From an uncultured Gammaproteobacteria bacterium (GTDB lineage Bacteria; Pseudomonadota; Gammaproteobacteria; UBA9214), in the NCBI GenBank assembly GCA_963763115.1, contig CAVXNM010000026.1, positions 7,055-71,054 of the forward strand: 64,000 nt of DNA. Reading direction: 5' to 3'. The notes beneath the pieces were generated by a model. It was not told the origin of the DNA. It did not search any database and worked only from the letters and a program-made list of their open reading frames with translations. The position numbers were made by a program, and so were the translations under genes. Positions 26,287 to 36,879 of the stretch are shown in pieces. Position 1 is the first letter of the stretch, and every line of letters starts with the position of its first letter.

Positions 26287-26475
26287 ATGTGTAAGATTCC
26301 AGACAGGCTCTATGAGCTGCTGCCATACCTGTATGCCATTGCTGGTGTAGTGACGATTAATTATTTTGAAACATCCCTTGGATACGCTTCGGGAATTCTC
26401 CTTATTTTTACCGCTGGCATAATTTGGTTGATGAGAAGTGACTACCGCCAAGGTAGTGTTAACAAGAAAAACTAG
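26287..26475 (+). CDS. hypothetical small two-TM membrane protein
   Basis: 62 aa. AGGAGA Shine-Dalgarno. Followed by a terminator-like hairpin + T-run at about 26505-26545. Confidence 0.45.
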   Translation: MCKIPDRLYELLPYLYAIAGVVTINYFETSLGYASGILLIFTAGIIWLMRSDYRQGSVNKKN

Positions 26476-26590
26476 TACAACAGTCAGAACACCTTCACTA
26501 ACATTTTCCGGCGGCCTTCATTTCGCCGTTTCATTTTTGGGTAACTGCATAATCCACCCACGCCGCTGCTCCAGCATATCGGGCGGTGGA

Positions 26591-27206
26591 TGTCTGTCAG
26601 ACAGTTCTGAATAACCGTGTGCAATCCAAATGCAACATGGCTGTCATTCTTTCTTTACCTTTTTCAGGGGCGACGTCAATCTGGTGTCCTCGGTCATTGT
26701 TGCTGCAGAAGAGGATCAAGAACAATGGGGCCCATTGTCTGCGCGCTGTTACTGCTTGTGTCTACCGTGATTCGGCCACGGTTCTCCCTGCAGCTCGAGA
26801 TTGTGGCACTGCGACATCAACTTGCTGTGTATCAGAGAACAGCCACACGCCCGCATATTAGCTCCGGAGACCGTATTCTCTGGTCGTGGCTATCGCACCG
26901 TTGGTCGGGGTGGCGGGATGCTCTTGTGTTTGTCCAGACGGGGACCGTGATTACCTGGCAACGTAAACGTTTTCGCGATCATTGGGCCGCATTGAGCAAG
27001 CAGGGCAGAACCGGAGACCACCGGTCGCGAATGAAATCAGGGCATTGACCCGCAGGATGTCGGAAGTCAACCTTGGCTGGGGTTCGCCATGGATTCTCGG
27101 GGAGTTACGAAAACTCGGCATTGATGTCGCGAAATCAACCGTGGAGAAGTACCGGGTGCGGACGAGGAAACCACCGTCTCCGAATTACGAACGGTTGGCA
27201 GCATGA
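26591..27206 (+). pseudogene. IS481-like (rve/integrase-core family) transposase, N-terminal fragment with frameshift; probable left end TGTCTGTCAGACAG
   Basis: LQLEIVALRHQLAVYQR...DRILWSWLSHRWSGWRDALVFVQTGTVITWQRKRF, then in another frame EIRALTRRMSEVNLGWGSPWILGELRKLGIDVAKSTVEKY. The catalytic core is absent. Confidence 0.65.
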
Positions 27207-27421
27207 TAGGTGTGATATGAGTTTTCGGGAATCACAGGACGCCGATGTCGCGGCCGGCTTGGCGGCGAGCCTCCGATATAATTCTAGTGAATTCAGATAG
27301 ATGATAGTAATTATCATCAAAATTATTAATCCATATAAAAAATATATTGGAAATTATATTGATTAATATATTATTATTTTATAATATGATTATATGTTAA
27401 ATAACCTTAGGAGTGGCAAAC

Positions 27422-27622
27422 ATGAAAGAAATTGTCAGCAACATGACTTACCTGCTGCGTGTCGGCTTGTTTGTTATCGTGGCTACGGTGGAAGGTGTAT
27501 CAAGAACGCTTGCCGGAGCAGGCTTGAAGGTAAAAAATATAATCTGTCCTACTCACCGAGGTACCTCCAATGGGCCGGTTGAGTTCAGCCATGATTCAAC
27601 GCACTTTGAGAACAAAGCCTGA
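27422..27622 (+). CDS. hypothetical small protein downstream of an extremely AT-rich tract
   Basis: AGGAG Shine-Dalgarno 8 nt before ATG 27422. 66 aa with one hydrophobic segment. Confidence 0.3.
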   Translation: MKEIVSNMTYLLRVGLFVIVATVEGVSRTLAGAGLKVKNIICPTHRGTSNGPVEFSHDSTHFENKA

Positions 27623-28080
27623 AAACGCGTTCTATCTGCTTCTGTGAACAGTCACGCGCCGATGTACAGCCATCGGCGCAGACTGCTCGAATTCCCCTTG
27701 TTAAGCTCGAAGCAGAGGAACCTCCCGGGGGAGTCTGTCTATCTTCCGGATCAGTCGCAGGGTAACGTGACATCCTGCGCGATTCAATGCTTGACCTATG
27801 CAGGGAAGGTGAAAGTTCGTTGAATTATTGATCGTGCGATCATCCCGCCCCACCTTGAACCTGCCGCTCCGCAGACAAATCGCGCAGATGTATCTCTTAT
27901 CCCATCTGCATGCACATCACCTGCAAAGAGATGCTTTTGCATGGGGCTTTTTTATGCTATAGATGAGCGACTCGGTTTGCTGCGATAAACAAGAAATAAT
28001 GATAGGTAATTATGGGCGTAAGAGGAGTGCTTCCATCTAGATATTAACCTCACATTGTTCAGAGCAGACCGGCGCTCCGA

Positions 28081-28120
28081 AAGATTCAAGTAACAAATAA
28101 AAGATTCAAGTAACAAATAT
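28081..28120 (+). repeat. tandem 20-bp direct repeat upstream of sqr
   Basis: AAGATTCAAGTAACAAATAA / AAGATTCAAGTAACAAATAT (19 of 20 identical), 56 nt before the ATG. Confidence 0.9.
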
Positions 28121-28175
28121 CAGTAAAGCCAATTTTTATATAAGCAGCCAATCGCATTTGGTATTCGGAGGAAAT

Positions 28176-29597
28176 ATGGCTAAAACCGTCATTATCGGGG
28201 CTGGGTTTTCCGGCCATTATGCTGCGTTGATATTACAGGATGCCCTTAAAGGCCAACGTGACCACGAAATCACCGTGGTTAACCTCTATCCTAAATTTAC
28301 CTACATTCCCTCCCTCATATGGGTAGGCATCGGACAGATAAAAGCCGACGTAGCTCAGTTCGAGCTGCAACCCGTTTACGACAAACTCGGAATCAATTTC
28401 ATTGAAGGGCGAGCCGAATCGATCCACCCGGATGAGAATTACCTTGTCGTCGATGATGGTCAAAAACCACAACGCGTGGATTACGATTACCTTATTATCG
28501 CAACGGGTCCAAAGCTCGATTTCGAGGCCACTCCCGGCCTCGGCCCGGAGACAGGGTATACCAACTCAATATGCACTCCGCCGCATGCCACCAACACCGC
28601 GAAAAATTATCTGGACCTTGTCAAACGACTGGAACGAGGCGGGAAAGCCACCGTTGTGGTCGGTATGGGACATGGAATGTGTACCTGTCAAGGTGCAGCC
28701 TTTGAATATATATCCCTGGTACACAACAACCTCAAAGACCGGGGCTTGCGGGATCAGGTCGAACTCGTTTGGCTTTCGAATGAACCCAATGCGGGAGATT
28801 TTGGCATCGACGGATTTGAGATGAAGATGGGGCCGGTTCTCTTTACCTCGGAAGACATGGCGACGGCACTGTTTGAGGACTTCGGAATCAAATGGTACCT
28901 GAATAGCCACGTGCACAGGATTGAGGAGAAAACGATCTATTTCGAAACAAAGGAAGGCGAAAACAGGGAAATCAATTATGACTTCGCCATGTTAATTCCA
29001 CGATTTCTGGGACAACCCATCGCCTTCCTCGACCAAGAAGGCACGAACATAAGGGACAGAATGTGCAATCCCGCAGGTTTTATAAAAGTCGATGCCAAGT
29101 ATGGAAAAGCTTATAATGAGATTGGTGCTGATGACTGGCCAAAGACTTATCAAAGCCCGGAATACGGTAATATTTTTGCATGCGGGATTGCCTTCGCGCC
29201 TCCGGGGACAATGTCCAAACCGAGCACAACGGCCAGTGGAGCGCAGTTATTTCCGGCCATCCCGAGAACAGGCTATACGTCGGAGTTAACCGGTAAAGCC
29301 GCAGCGCTGAACATAGCCGATTTGATCGCAGGCCGGGAGCCCTCGCATACGGCGTCACTGGCCGAGACCCCGGGAATGTGTGTTGCTTCCCTAAAGAATT
29401 CCTGGATCTCCGGCTCAGCGGCCACAATCGGTCTACAGCCCATCGTACGCAATAAAGGAGCATTTCCCGAGTATGGTCGGGCAATCGATATGAGTGCTAT
29501 AGAAGTGGGACTGGCAGGGGCCTGGATGAAGAAGGGTTTGCACTATGCTTTCTTATACAAGCTGCAAGCCAAACCGTTCTGGAAAGCCGTACCTTGA
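28176..29597 (+). CDS. sqr: sulfide:quinone oxidoreductase-type FAD-dependent pyridine nucleotide-disulfide oxidoreductase
   Basis: N-terminal dinucleotide fold VIIGAGFSGHYAA. Length and layout are typical of SQR/FCSD-like flavoproteins, with conserved-looking Cys in SICTPPH, GMCTCQGAAFEY and FACGIAFAPPG. GGAGG Shine-Dalgarno before ATG 28176. Confidence 0.65.
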   Translation: MAKTVIIGAGFSGHYAALILQDALKGQRDHEITVVNLYPKFTYIPSLIWVGIGQIKADVAQFELQPVYDKLGINFIEGRAESIHPDENYLVVDDGQKPQRVDYDYLIIATGPKLDFEATPGLGPETGYTNSICTPPHATNTAKNYLDLVKRLERGGKATVVVGMGHGMCTCQGAAFEYISLVHNNLKDRGLRDQVELVWLSNEPNAGDFGIDGFEMKMGPVLFTSEDMATALFEDFGIKWYLNSHVHRIEEKTIYFETKEGENREINYDFAMLIPRFLGQPIAFLDQEGTNIRDRMCNPAGFIKVDAKYGKAYNEIGADDWPKTYQSPEYGNIFACGIAFAPPGTMSKPSTTASGAQLFPAIPRTGYTSELTGKAAALNIADLIAGREPSHTASLAETPGMCVASLKNSWISGSAATIGLQPIVRNKGAFPEYGRAIDMSAIEVGLAGAWMKKGLHYAFLYKLQAKPFWKAVP

Positions 29598-29926
29598 TTC
29601 AGGTGATGATTTCTCGGTGAGCAAACCCCGCGGACAACCTGGCAGATAGTTACCAATAAACAAGTACCACAATGTCATCCGAGTCTGGCAGAACAAATCA
29701 TGTCAAGAGGAAGCTGCAGTCATGAAATATATCATAACCAAGGTTGAGAAGAGGCGGCAGCAAAATCTGTTTCTGCAAATGTGGCGTTTCGTTGTTTTGT
29801 CGATCAAATTCATGAAATTAACCCGAATAAACTATTCTAGACCTCATTCAGTTAAAAATCCTTCAGACCCAAAATCAGCATGAATGCGTGAACGGGGACA
29901 GACCATGATTTTACTCCCACCGACCC

Positions 29927-31126
29927 TGTGTATGGCGAATTCATAATCAGGCAGCAACAGGTAGCTGATATAACCCACGACAATGAGATTTCCAGTGGTA
30001 ATTGCTGAGAGATGCACAGTCGATGGTGGTTTCACAGGAGAATTCTGACAGTGTATCGCCGTCAAGTGCAGTATATACACGGTGCGAATTGTAATACTGG
30101 CGGAAATCTGCCAGCTTTCGCTCCAGGTGGCTGGCATTCCAAAAGAGCATCTGGTCAAGAAATTCTCGACGAATGGTTCCAATCAGCCGTTCGACGAAGG
30201 AGTGCGATAATGGTGTATACGGGAGCGTCTTGACTTCCTCTAAGCCAAGTATCCTTAGGTTCGCTTGCCATTGGTGATACAGGAAGAGCGGATCGTTATC
30301 AGCGCTGAGGTATTTCGGGGCGCCTCTGGAAGAGATGGCCCTGTTGAACATGTGGCAGAGAGCGATGCCATCGACATCGCCGGCATGGATACCAAAACCG
30401 ATGATGCGGCGCGTAAACTGATCCATGACGACAAGTGTCCAGTGGCACTGTCATAAGATGGTTCGCAACGAAACAGGTCAATGCTCCGGAGGCTGTCCTT
30501 GGTGTGTCCGGGAAAGGACAGCCACGACGGGCCACCACCACCACCGGGATCTGGCCGGTAATGGGTGGTAAGGATGCGCCGGACTACATCTTTATTGATG
30601 TTGATTCCAAACGCCTTATTGATCTGCTGTGCGATCCGTGGACAGCCGAAGCGAGGGTTGCGCCGTTTCAGTTCGACAATGGCCTGGATGAGTTCGGGTG
30701 ACGGGCCTTTTGGGCCAGGCGTGCCTTTTCGGTCAGCAGAATACAGCCATCGGTACTTCCGTTGCTTGAGCAGGTTGTGGAATTTCAGCAGCGTTGAAGG
30801 CCGGATAATCACGGCAGCCCGCTGGATATGACGTGGGCTGAGAAAGAGTGACCAGAAACCGAGCAGGAATCGGTCCAGTGCCGAGAGATTGGGTGCACGC
30901 CGTCGGGCTCGATTCATTATCAGGAGCTGCTGCTTCATGAGCAGGCTGTCGGCAACGATGGGCTTCGCGCCGCCGGGTCCCAGGAGCTTGGCAATCGTGG
31001 TTAGAAAATGGGTGAGGAGTTATAGCAGATCCTTCATGGCGGAGCAGGGTAGAGAAGCTAGTCATCGGAGGCAAGTCTGTCCAAGTTGTAGATTTCAGGT
31101 GAGAATTACTAATTCACCATAGGCAC
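29927..31126 (-). mobile_element. IS481-like insertion sequence, full length but degenerate (premature stop near the 5' end plus a frameshift)
   Basis: Ends TGTGTATGGCGAATTC... (29927) and ...AATTCACCATAGGCAC (31126) form imperfect inverted repeats. Transposase pieces: KQQLLIMNRARRRAP...PELIQAIVELKRRNPRFGCPRIAQQIN and YLSADNDPLF...YTPLSHSFVERLIGTIRREF. Confidence 0.75.
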
Positions 31127-31222
31127 GTATGCCCCGAACCGGTCGTGCTTTCAGGGAGTGCAGGGAGATTCATTGCAGCCAGGCGCCGCACCTGTCAGCC
31201 GTGTTTATGATCAGGTGCACAA

Positions 31223-31654
31223 TCAGGAAGTTCCGGGGCGGCCCTCCGGCAGCGAGCGCATCAGTTCTCCCAGTTCGTGCTCCCCGACCAGACCGTGGGC
31301 AAGATCATCAACTGACAGCACGCCGGTGATCTCCTGCTCCAGATTGAGCACCACCAGCCGGCGCACGCCATTTGCGGCCATGACGGCGACAGCCTTCTCG
31401 ATGCTGTCGCCGTCATGGCAGGTTATGACTTTTGGCGTCATGAATTCGGTGACCCTGACCTGATTCGGGTCGCGACCTTCGGCGACGCTGCGCACCACGA
31501 TGTCACGATCGGTCAGGATGCCGGCCAGTTTACCTGATGCTGTTATCGGCAGCACACCAATATCGAATTTGCGCATCATTTCGGCGGCCTCGTGGATGCT
31601 GGCCTGGTCGGAAATGACTGCAAATCGTTCGCTCATAATCTCGGCAACCTTCAT
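31223..31654 (-). CDS. CBS-domain pair protein
   Basis: 143 aa. Two CBS repeats, e.g. IGVLPITASGKLAGILTDRDIV and VRRLVVLNLEQEITGVLSVDDL. Confidence 0.85.
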   Translation of the reverse strand: MKVAEIMSERFAVISDQASIHEAAEMMRKFDIGVLPITASGKLAGILTDRDIVVRSVAEGRDPNQVRVTEFMTPKVITCHDGDSIEKAVAVMAANGVRRLVVLNLEQEITGVLSVDDLAHGLVGEHELGELMRSLPEGRPGTS

Positions 31655-31924
31655 ACGGCAATCTCCAGCGCTGATTCTATCGGCCTTGCCGACCGGTGAC
31701 CGGGCAGCGGTTGCTGCCGGACCGAAGCATACCTGCCTGCTATGTTAAATTACCGGATTCGGGTGGATGACACATTGAAATACCGCAATCGGCGCGCCCC
31801 GGGCGTCGGCTCCTTGCTCCCGTGCCGGGGCTTACTGAAGCTGCATCGCCGGCGAATCCATTGAGAATATTCAATGACCCATCAACTTGATTAGGGTCTG
31901 CTGTGCCTGAAAGGGAGAAACCTG

Positions 31925-32307
31925 ATGCCAAATATACTGATCACCGGCGCAAACCGCGGTATTGGCCTGGAACTGACCCGCCGTATATGGAAGCCGGGTG
32001 GCGTGTTTTCGCCACCTGCCGCCACCGGCGGAAGCAGCCGAGCTGCAGGATCTGGCGCACAGCGACAAGGTCAGCATACATCGCCTGGACGTCACCCGCG
32101 TGGAGGACATCTACGACATCGACTGGGAAATGCGCGATACCCCCTGATGCCCTGCTGAATAACGCCGGGATCTATCTCGAATGGCACTACCTGGGTCCAG
32201 AGCTGGGCGCCATACGCAATGCCGACTGGCTGTGCACCATCGAGGTGAATACCTTCGATGCTGTGAGAGTAAAGGAAAAACTCTTTCTCAATGTCAAGAA
32301 CAGTTAA
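31925..32307 (+). pseudogene. short-chain dehydrogenase/reductase, multiply frameshifted and 3'-truncated
   Basis: MPNILITGANRGIGLELTRR (TGxxxGIG), then YMEAGWRVFATCR and LLNNAGIY in other frames. Ends against the SpoVR gene. Confidence 0.55.
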
Positions 32308-32380
32308 CGGCGGCTGGTGGTCGCCATTACCAGCCATATGGGCGACATCGCCGATATCGACCACGAACGTGCGGAATCGT

Positions 32381-33751
32381 TCAATGTGTGACTTCGAGGC
32401 GCTGTTCTTCGCCGGTGGGGTTGACGGTGTAGAGGCGCACCGGGCGGCGCCAGACCTTGTAGAGGTAGTCCAGTACATGCTGGGCGCGGCGGGTGTCGAG
32501 ACCGCGGCCGTCATTCCCGTGGTCATGACGCAGCACCAGAGTACCATCGTGACGCAGCTCTTCGACGGTGACGCGGGGGGCACCGAAGTTGTACTTCGGT
32601 CGCAGGATGGCCTCCCGCAGTTCGTCGAGTTCGAATTCGGTGACGCGGATGCGGCCCTTGCGGCTTCGCTGGTAGGTAAACAGATTCAGCTCGCGGGCGA
32701 GTTCCAGGCTCAGGTGGTTGCGGATGAAGCCGAAGTCGTCCTCCTCGTTCATGATGCGTCGCGCCGCCTCCATGCCGTGCTCCTCGGTCAGCAGCCGCCA
32801 CATCTCGAAGCCGAGGTGGTAGGGATTGATCGACAGAGAAACCTGGCGCTCGCCGGCGTAGGGACTGACGACATCGGAGTGGGTTTTCATCGCGTCGATA
32901 TAAAGCTCGTCCGGGATGAAGTCCAGCTCGCGCAGCAGCTGCGCATGCCAGAACGAGGCCCAGCCTTCATTTATGATCTGGCAGTTGTACACCGGCAGGA
33001 AATAGAACGCCTCCTCACGCACGGCGAGGAAAATGTCGCGTTCCCAGTCCTCCAGTGCCGGACCGTAGGTGGCAATAAACCAGAGCAGATCGGCCTCGGA
33101 CTGTGGTGGCAGCCGTCGTTCTTCGGGTGCCTCCGGAATATCCGGCAAGGCGTGCGCCTCGCCCGGCAGGTGTCCGAAACGTTGCTGAAAGGATCCGCCC
33201 TGCGCCACCCCCTTGTGCCCGTCGTCGCGCCGGTACCTGACGCGCGCGATCGGCTGGCGGGTATCGATGTGCTGCTCCAGTGCCAGCGCGGCGTCCAGCA
33301 CCGCCTCCACCCGCTGACGGCCGTGGGCGGAGATGGCCTCGTCGATGCGATGGGCATGCGCCGCGGCCTGCTCGACGATATGGTAGCCGGCCTCGCGCTG
33401 ACTGCGGATGAACAGCAGGTTGTTGTGCGAGAAATCGGCGTGACCCAGCACGTGCGCCACCACCAGCGTATTCTCCGAGACCGAGTTCGTGTCGACCAGA
33501 TAGGCGCGGTTCGGCTTGCCCGGGAAGACGACCTCGAAGATCCGCGAGTTACCCATGCGATGCTGAATCATCTGGTAGATCCAGCGCACGCCGAAAGACC
33601 AGTGCGGCATGCGCACCGGCAGGCCATAGACCGCCACCTCCATCATGAAACCGGGAGGCACCAGTTCGAAGTCCACCGGATAGTAATCGAGACCCAGGTC
33701 ACGGGCCGCCGTTTCGATCCGGGGGATGTAATCGCGCAGCATCACCTCCAT
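32381..33751 (-). CDS. SpoVR family protein (YcgB-like)
   Basis: 456 aa. DYYPVDFELV...MPHWSFG...VVAHVLGHADFSHNN, characteristic of the SpoVR family. Last gene of the prkA-yeaH-spoVR-type operon. Confidence 0.9.
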   Translation of the reverse strand: MEVMLRDYIPRIETAARDLGLDYYPVDFELVPPGFMMEVAVYGLPVRMPHWSFGVRWIYQMIQHRMGNSRIFEVVFPGKPNRAYLVDTNSVSENTLVVAHVLGHADFSHNNLLFIRSQREAGYHIVEQAAAHAHRIDEAISAHGRQRVEAVLDAALALEQHIDTRQPIARVRYRRDDGHKGVAQGGSFQQRFGHLPGEAHALPDIPEAPEERRLPPQSEADLLWFIATYGPALEDWERDIFLAVREEAFYFLPVYNCQIINEGWASFWHAQLLRELDFIPDELYIDAMKTHSDVVSPYAGERQVSLSINPYHLGFEMWRLLTEEHGMEAARRIMNEEDDFGFIRNHLSLELARELNLFTYQRSRKGRIRVTEFELDELREAILRPKYNFGAPRVTVEELRHDGTLVLRHDHGNDGRGLDTRRAQHVLDYLYKVWRRPVRLYTVNPTGEEQRLEVTH

Positions 33752-33752
33752 G

Positions 33753-34922
33753 TCAGGCAGCCGAGGTCGTCGTCTGCGACCGGAAGAATGCCTTGATCGC
33801 GGGCCAGATGTCCGCTTCGTCGGTCACGACGAAACTGCCGGTCGGCAGCTCCCGCCCCTCCATGGTGCGGAACAGGTTGCCCATCTCGGTGATCAGACGC
33901 TGGTTGTAACCGTTCGACACCTCGAGGTAGCCCAGAAAATTCATCTGCGGGGCGAGCGCTTCCAGCGCCGTGCCGACAGCCTCGCGGTCATCCGGAAAAT
34001 TATCGCCATCGCTGGCGTAGAACAGATAGCCGTTATAGCGGTCCAGGTCGTAACGGCTGGCGACGATTTCGCGGACCAGCCGGATTGCCGAGGAGGCCTT
34101 GGTGCCGCCCTCGCCGCGCACCTCGAAGAACTGCCCCTCTTCGAACTCCCAGGCATCGACGGTGTGGGCGATGAACACGGTGTCGATGTGGCGGAAGCGG
34201 CGGCGGATGCCGTGAAGGACCCAGAAGAAGAAGGTCTTGGCGAGCTTGCGGCATTCGGCGTCCATGCTGGCCGAGGCGTCCAGCACGAAGAACACGACCG
34301 CATCCACGGTCGGATGCCGGCGCTTTACCAACTGGCGGAAACGCAGGTCCTCGTTGCTGAAGGGGCTGGCCGATTCGCCCTGCACGGTGCGCCGCTTCAC
34401 GGCCTCCTTGAGGGTGCGCCTCCGGTCAAGCCGCGCTCGCGGACCGCGCCGGTCCCAGCCCTCTCGCTGCAGCTCGTCCTGTTCCAGGTTGCTGCCGCGC
34501 CGCGGCTGCAGATTGGGCAGTTCGAGCTCTTCCCAGAGCCAGTCGAGGATGTCATCGACATTGAATTCCAGAACGAAGCTGGGTCCGCCCTGTTCGTCGC
34601 CGCCCTGGCCGGCGGCGCGGCGATCGGCGTCGCTCTGAGACTCCAGCACATCGCCCGGTTTGGCGCTGCCCTGCCCGGCCCCCGCCTCCCGGGACTGTTC
34701 CAGCAGGCGGAAACGGTGATGTTCCAGAAAGCGGACCGGCACCTGCACGGTGCGGTTGTCGGGCCGTGACAGCACATCGGAGCGGGCCACTAGTTCGGGC
34801 AGGGCATTGCGGACGGCATCGCGGATCTTCTGGTTGTGACGCAGCCAGTCACGATTGCCGCGTGAGAAAAGATCGTACCAGCGGCGTTCCAGATCGCCCG
34901 AAGTGCCTTCGGAATGCGGCAT
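33753..34922 (-). CDS. yeaH: YeaH/YhbH family protein (DUF444, vWA-like)
   Basis: Start set at MPHSEGTS...RWYDLFSRG. Motifs NLEQDELQREGWDRRGP...VVFFVLDASASM...FIAHTVDAWEF. Its stop lies 1 nt from the SpoVR start. Confidence 0.9.
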   Translation of the reverse strand: MPHSEGTSGDLERRWYDLFSRGNRDWLRHNQKIRDAVRNALPELVARSDVLSRPDNRTVQVPVRFLEHHRFRLLEQSREAGAGQGSAKPGDVLESQSDADRRAAGQGGDEQGGPSFVLEFNVDDILDWLWEELELPNLQPRRGSNLEQDELQREGWDRRGPRARLDRRRTLKEAVKRRTVQGESASPFSNEDLRFRQLVKRRHPTVDAVVFFVLDASASMDAECRKLAKTFFFWVLHGIRRRFRHIDTVFIAHTVDAWEFEEGQFFEVRGEGGTKASSAIRLVREIVASRYDLDRYNGYLFYASDGDNFPDDREAVGTALEALAPQMNFLGYLEVSNGYNQRLITEMGNLFRTMEGRELPTGSFVVTDEADIWPAIKAFFRSQTTTSAA

Positions 34923-34938
34923 CGCGACCTCCCTGCAC

Positions 34939-36879
34939 CTACTCCTGCGACAGCAGGGTGGTGACGTAATTGAGCGCCTCGCGCGCGCTGTGGCTGTCGT
35001 AACCATAGTCCTCGACCAGGCGCTCCTCGACTGCCGCGATCTTCTCACGGGTCTCGTCGTCGGGCCGCGCCCTGGAGGTCACCAGACGCAGCACATCGCG
35101 GCGCTCCTCGAACAGATAATGATCCACCGCCTCCTTGAGCCGGCTGTGGCGGTCGAGCGTGAACTTTTCGCCTTTCTTGTAGGCGACCATGGCCTTGCGC
35201 ACGACCTCCTGACGGAAGCTGGACTTGCCGGCATCGGAAATATGGATCTTCTCCTCCACCGAGCGCAGGAAACGCTCGTCGGGGGGGCGTGCCTCGCCGG
35301 TAATGGGATCGGTGATCTCGCGCTGATCCAGCGCCGCCTCCACTTCGTCCAGGTATTTGTCCAGCAGCTCCTGCGCTTCCTCCGCGAACGAGGCGAACAA
35401 CGCCTTGTGTACGTCCTCCTTGACCCAGTGGTTGTAGAAGTCCTTGCGCACGCCGACCAGCAGATCCACCCACTCGCGCTTCTGCCTGGATTCGATGCGA
35501 GCGTCGCTCTCGAGCGCGTCCTTGAGCGTGATCAGCACTTCCATACTGGTCAGGCTCTGGACCTCGCTGCGCGAGATGGCGTTTGACAGAGCGTTAATGA
35601 CGAAGCGCGGACTGATGCCCGCCAGTCCCTCATCGGGCGCGGATGCGCGGATGCGCCCGACATCGGCCTCGGTGAAGCCCTCCACGTCCAGACCGGCGTA
35701 GAGTCGCACCTTCTTGCCCAGATCCAGGCCTTCCCGCTCTGACTGCTGCAGCCGGCTCAGCACGGCAAATACCGCTGCGACAGCCAGGGTGTGCGGGTCG
35801 AGGTGCACCTCGCGGAAGGCCGGCGCGGAGGCGATCAGCTTACGGTAGATGCGCGCCTCGTCCATATAGGACAGGGTGTAGGGCACCTTGACGATGACCA
35901 TGCGGTCGAGAAGCGCCTCGTTTTCCTTTTCCTGCATGAACTTGCGGAACTCGGCCAGGTTGGTGTGAGCGATGATCATCTCGTCGAGGTAGATCAGCGG
36001 GAAGCGCGAGACCTTGACGTTCTTCTCCTGCGTCAGTGTCAGCAGCAGGTAGAGGAACTCGCGCTTGACCTTCAGGATCTCGATCATCTCCAGCACACCG
36101 CGACTGGCCGCATAGACCGCGCCCGACCAGGACCAGGCGCGCGGATCGCCCTCATCACCGTACTCGGAGACCTTCGACAGGTCCACCGAGCCGATCAGGT
36201 CGGCCAGATCCGCGGTGGTGGGATCGTGCGGCGCGTAGGTGCCGACGCCGACGCGCGATGCTTCGGAGATGAAAATGCGCTCCACCGGCATGCGCATGAA
36301 GTTGTGCTCGAACTGATTATCGAGCCGCGACTGGCACAGCGGACAGAGTTCACCGGTGACTTCGAACCCGTAGGTCTCGCGGAAGTCGGCGCGCAGGGTG
36401 TGCGGGATCAGATGCAGGGGATTTTCGTGCAGCGAACATCCCTGGATACCGTAGAGCTCTCCCTCATCGGTATGGCTGTACTCGGCCAGACCCTGCTTGA
36501 GCAAGATAACCAGGGTGGACTTGCCGCCGGATGGCGGCCCCAGCAACAGCAGCAGGCGACGACCGACCTCGGAGCCGGCACTGGCGGCCTTGAAGTAGTC
36601 GACCACGCGACGCAACGGCTCGTCCATTCCGTAGAGTTCGTGGGAAAACAGGCGGAACTCGCCACTCTTGCCATCATCCTCGTGCAGGTCTTCCTGGCGC
36701 CAGCGCAGCATGTCCCAAAGATACTGATGGCTGCTGCGCGTCACGCGTGCGGTATCGCGCGTAACGATCTCGCGGAGAAAGGTTTCAAAGTCGCCCTCCC
36801 ACTGGCGGGCCCGGTGTTCCTTCGTGAACGCCGTCAGCGAATCGAGAAAACTCTGGCGTACATTTTCATGCTCAGACAT
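34939..36879 (-). CDS. prkA: PrkA family serine protein kinase (AAA+ type)
   Basis: Start at MSEHENVRQSFLD. Walker A LLLLGPPSGGKST. Full-length resemblance to YeaG/PrkA. Confidence 0.9.
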   Translation of the reverse strand: MSEHENVRQSFLDSLTAFTKEHRARQWEGDFETFLREIVTRDTARVTRSSHQYLWDMLRWRQEDLHEDDGKSGEFRLFSHELYGMDEPLRRVVDYFKAASAGSEVGRRLLLLLGPPSGGKSTLVILLKQGLAEYSHTDEGELYGIQGCSLHENPLHLIPHTLRADFRETYGFEVTGELCPLCQSRLDNQFEHNFMRMPVERIFISEASRVGVGTYAPHDPTTADLADLIGSVDLSKVSEYGDEGDPRAWSWSGAVYAASRGVLEMIEILKVKREFLYLLLTLTQEKNVKVSRFPLIYLDEMIIAHTNLAEFRKFMQEKENEALLDRMVIVKVPYTLSYMDEARIYRKLIASAPAFREVHLDPHTLAVAAVFAVLSRLQQSEREGLDLGKKVRLYAGLDVEGFTEADVGRIRASAPDEGLAGISPRFVINALSNAISRSEVQSLTSMEVLITLKDALESDARIESRQKREWVDLLVGVRKDFYNHWVKEDVHKALFASFAEEAQELLDKYLDEVEAALDQREITDPITGEARPPDERFLRSVEEKIHISDAGKSSFRQEVVRKAMVAYKKGEKFTLDRHSRLKEAVDHYLFEERRDVLRLVTSRARPDDETREKIAAVEERLVEDYGYDSHSAREALNYVTTLLSQE

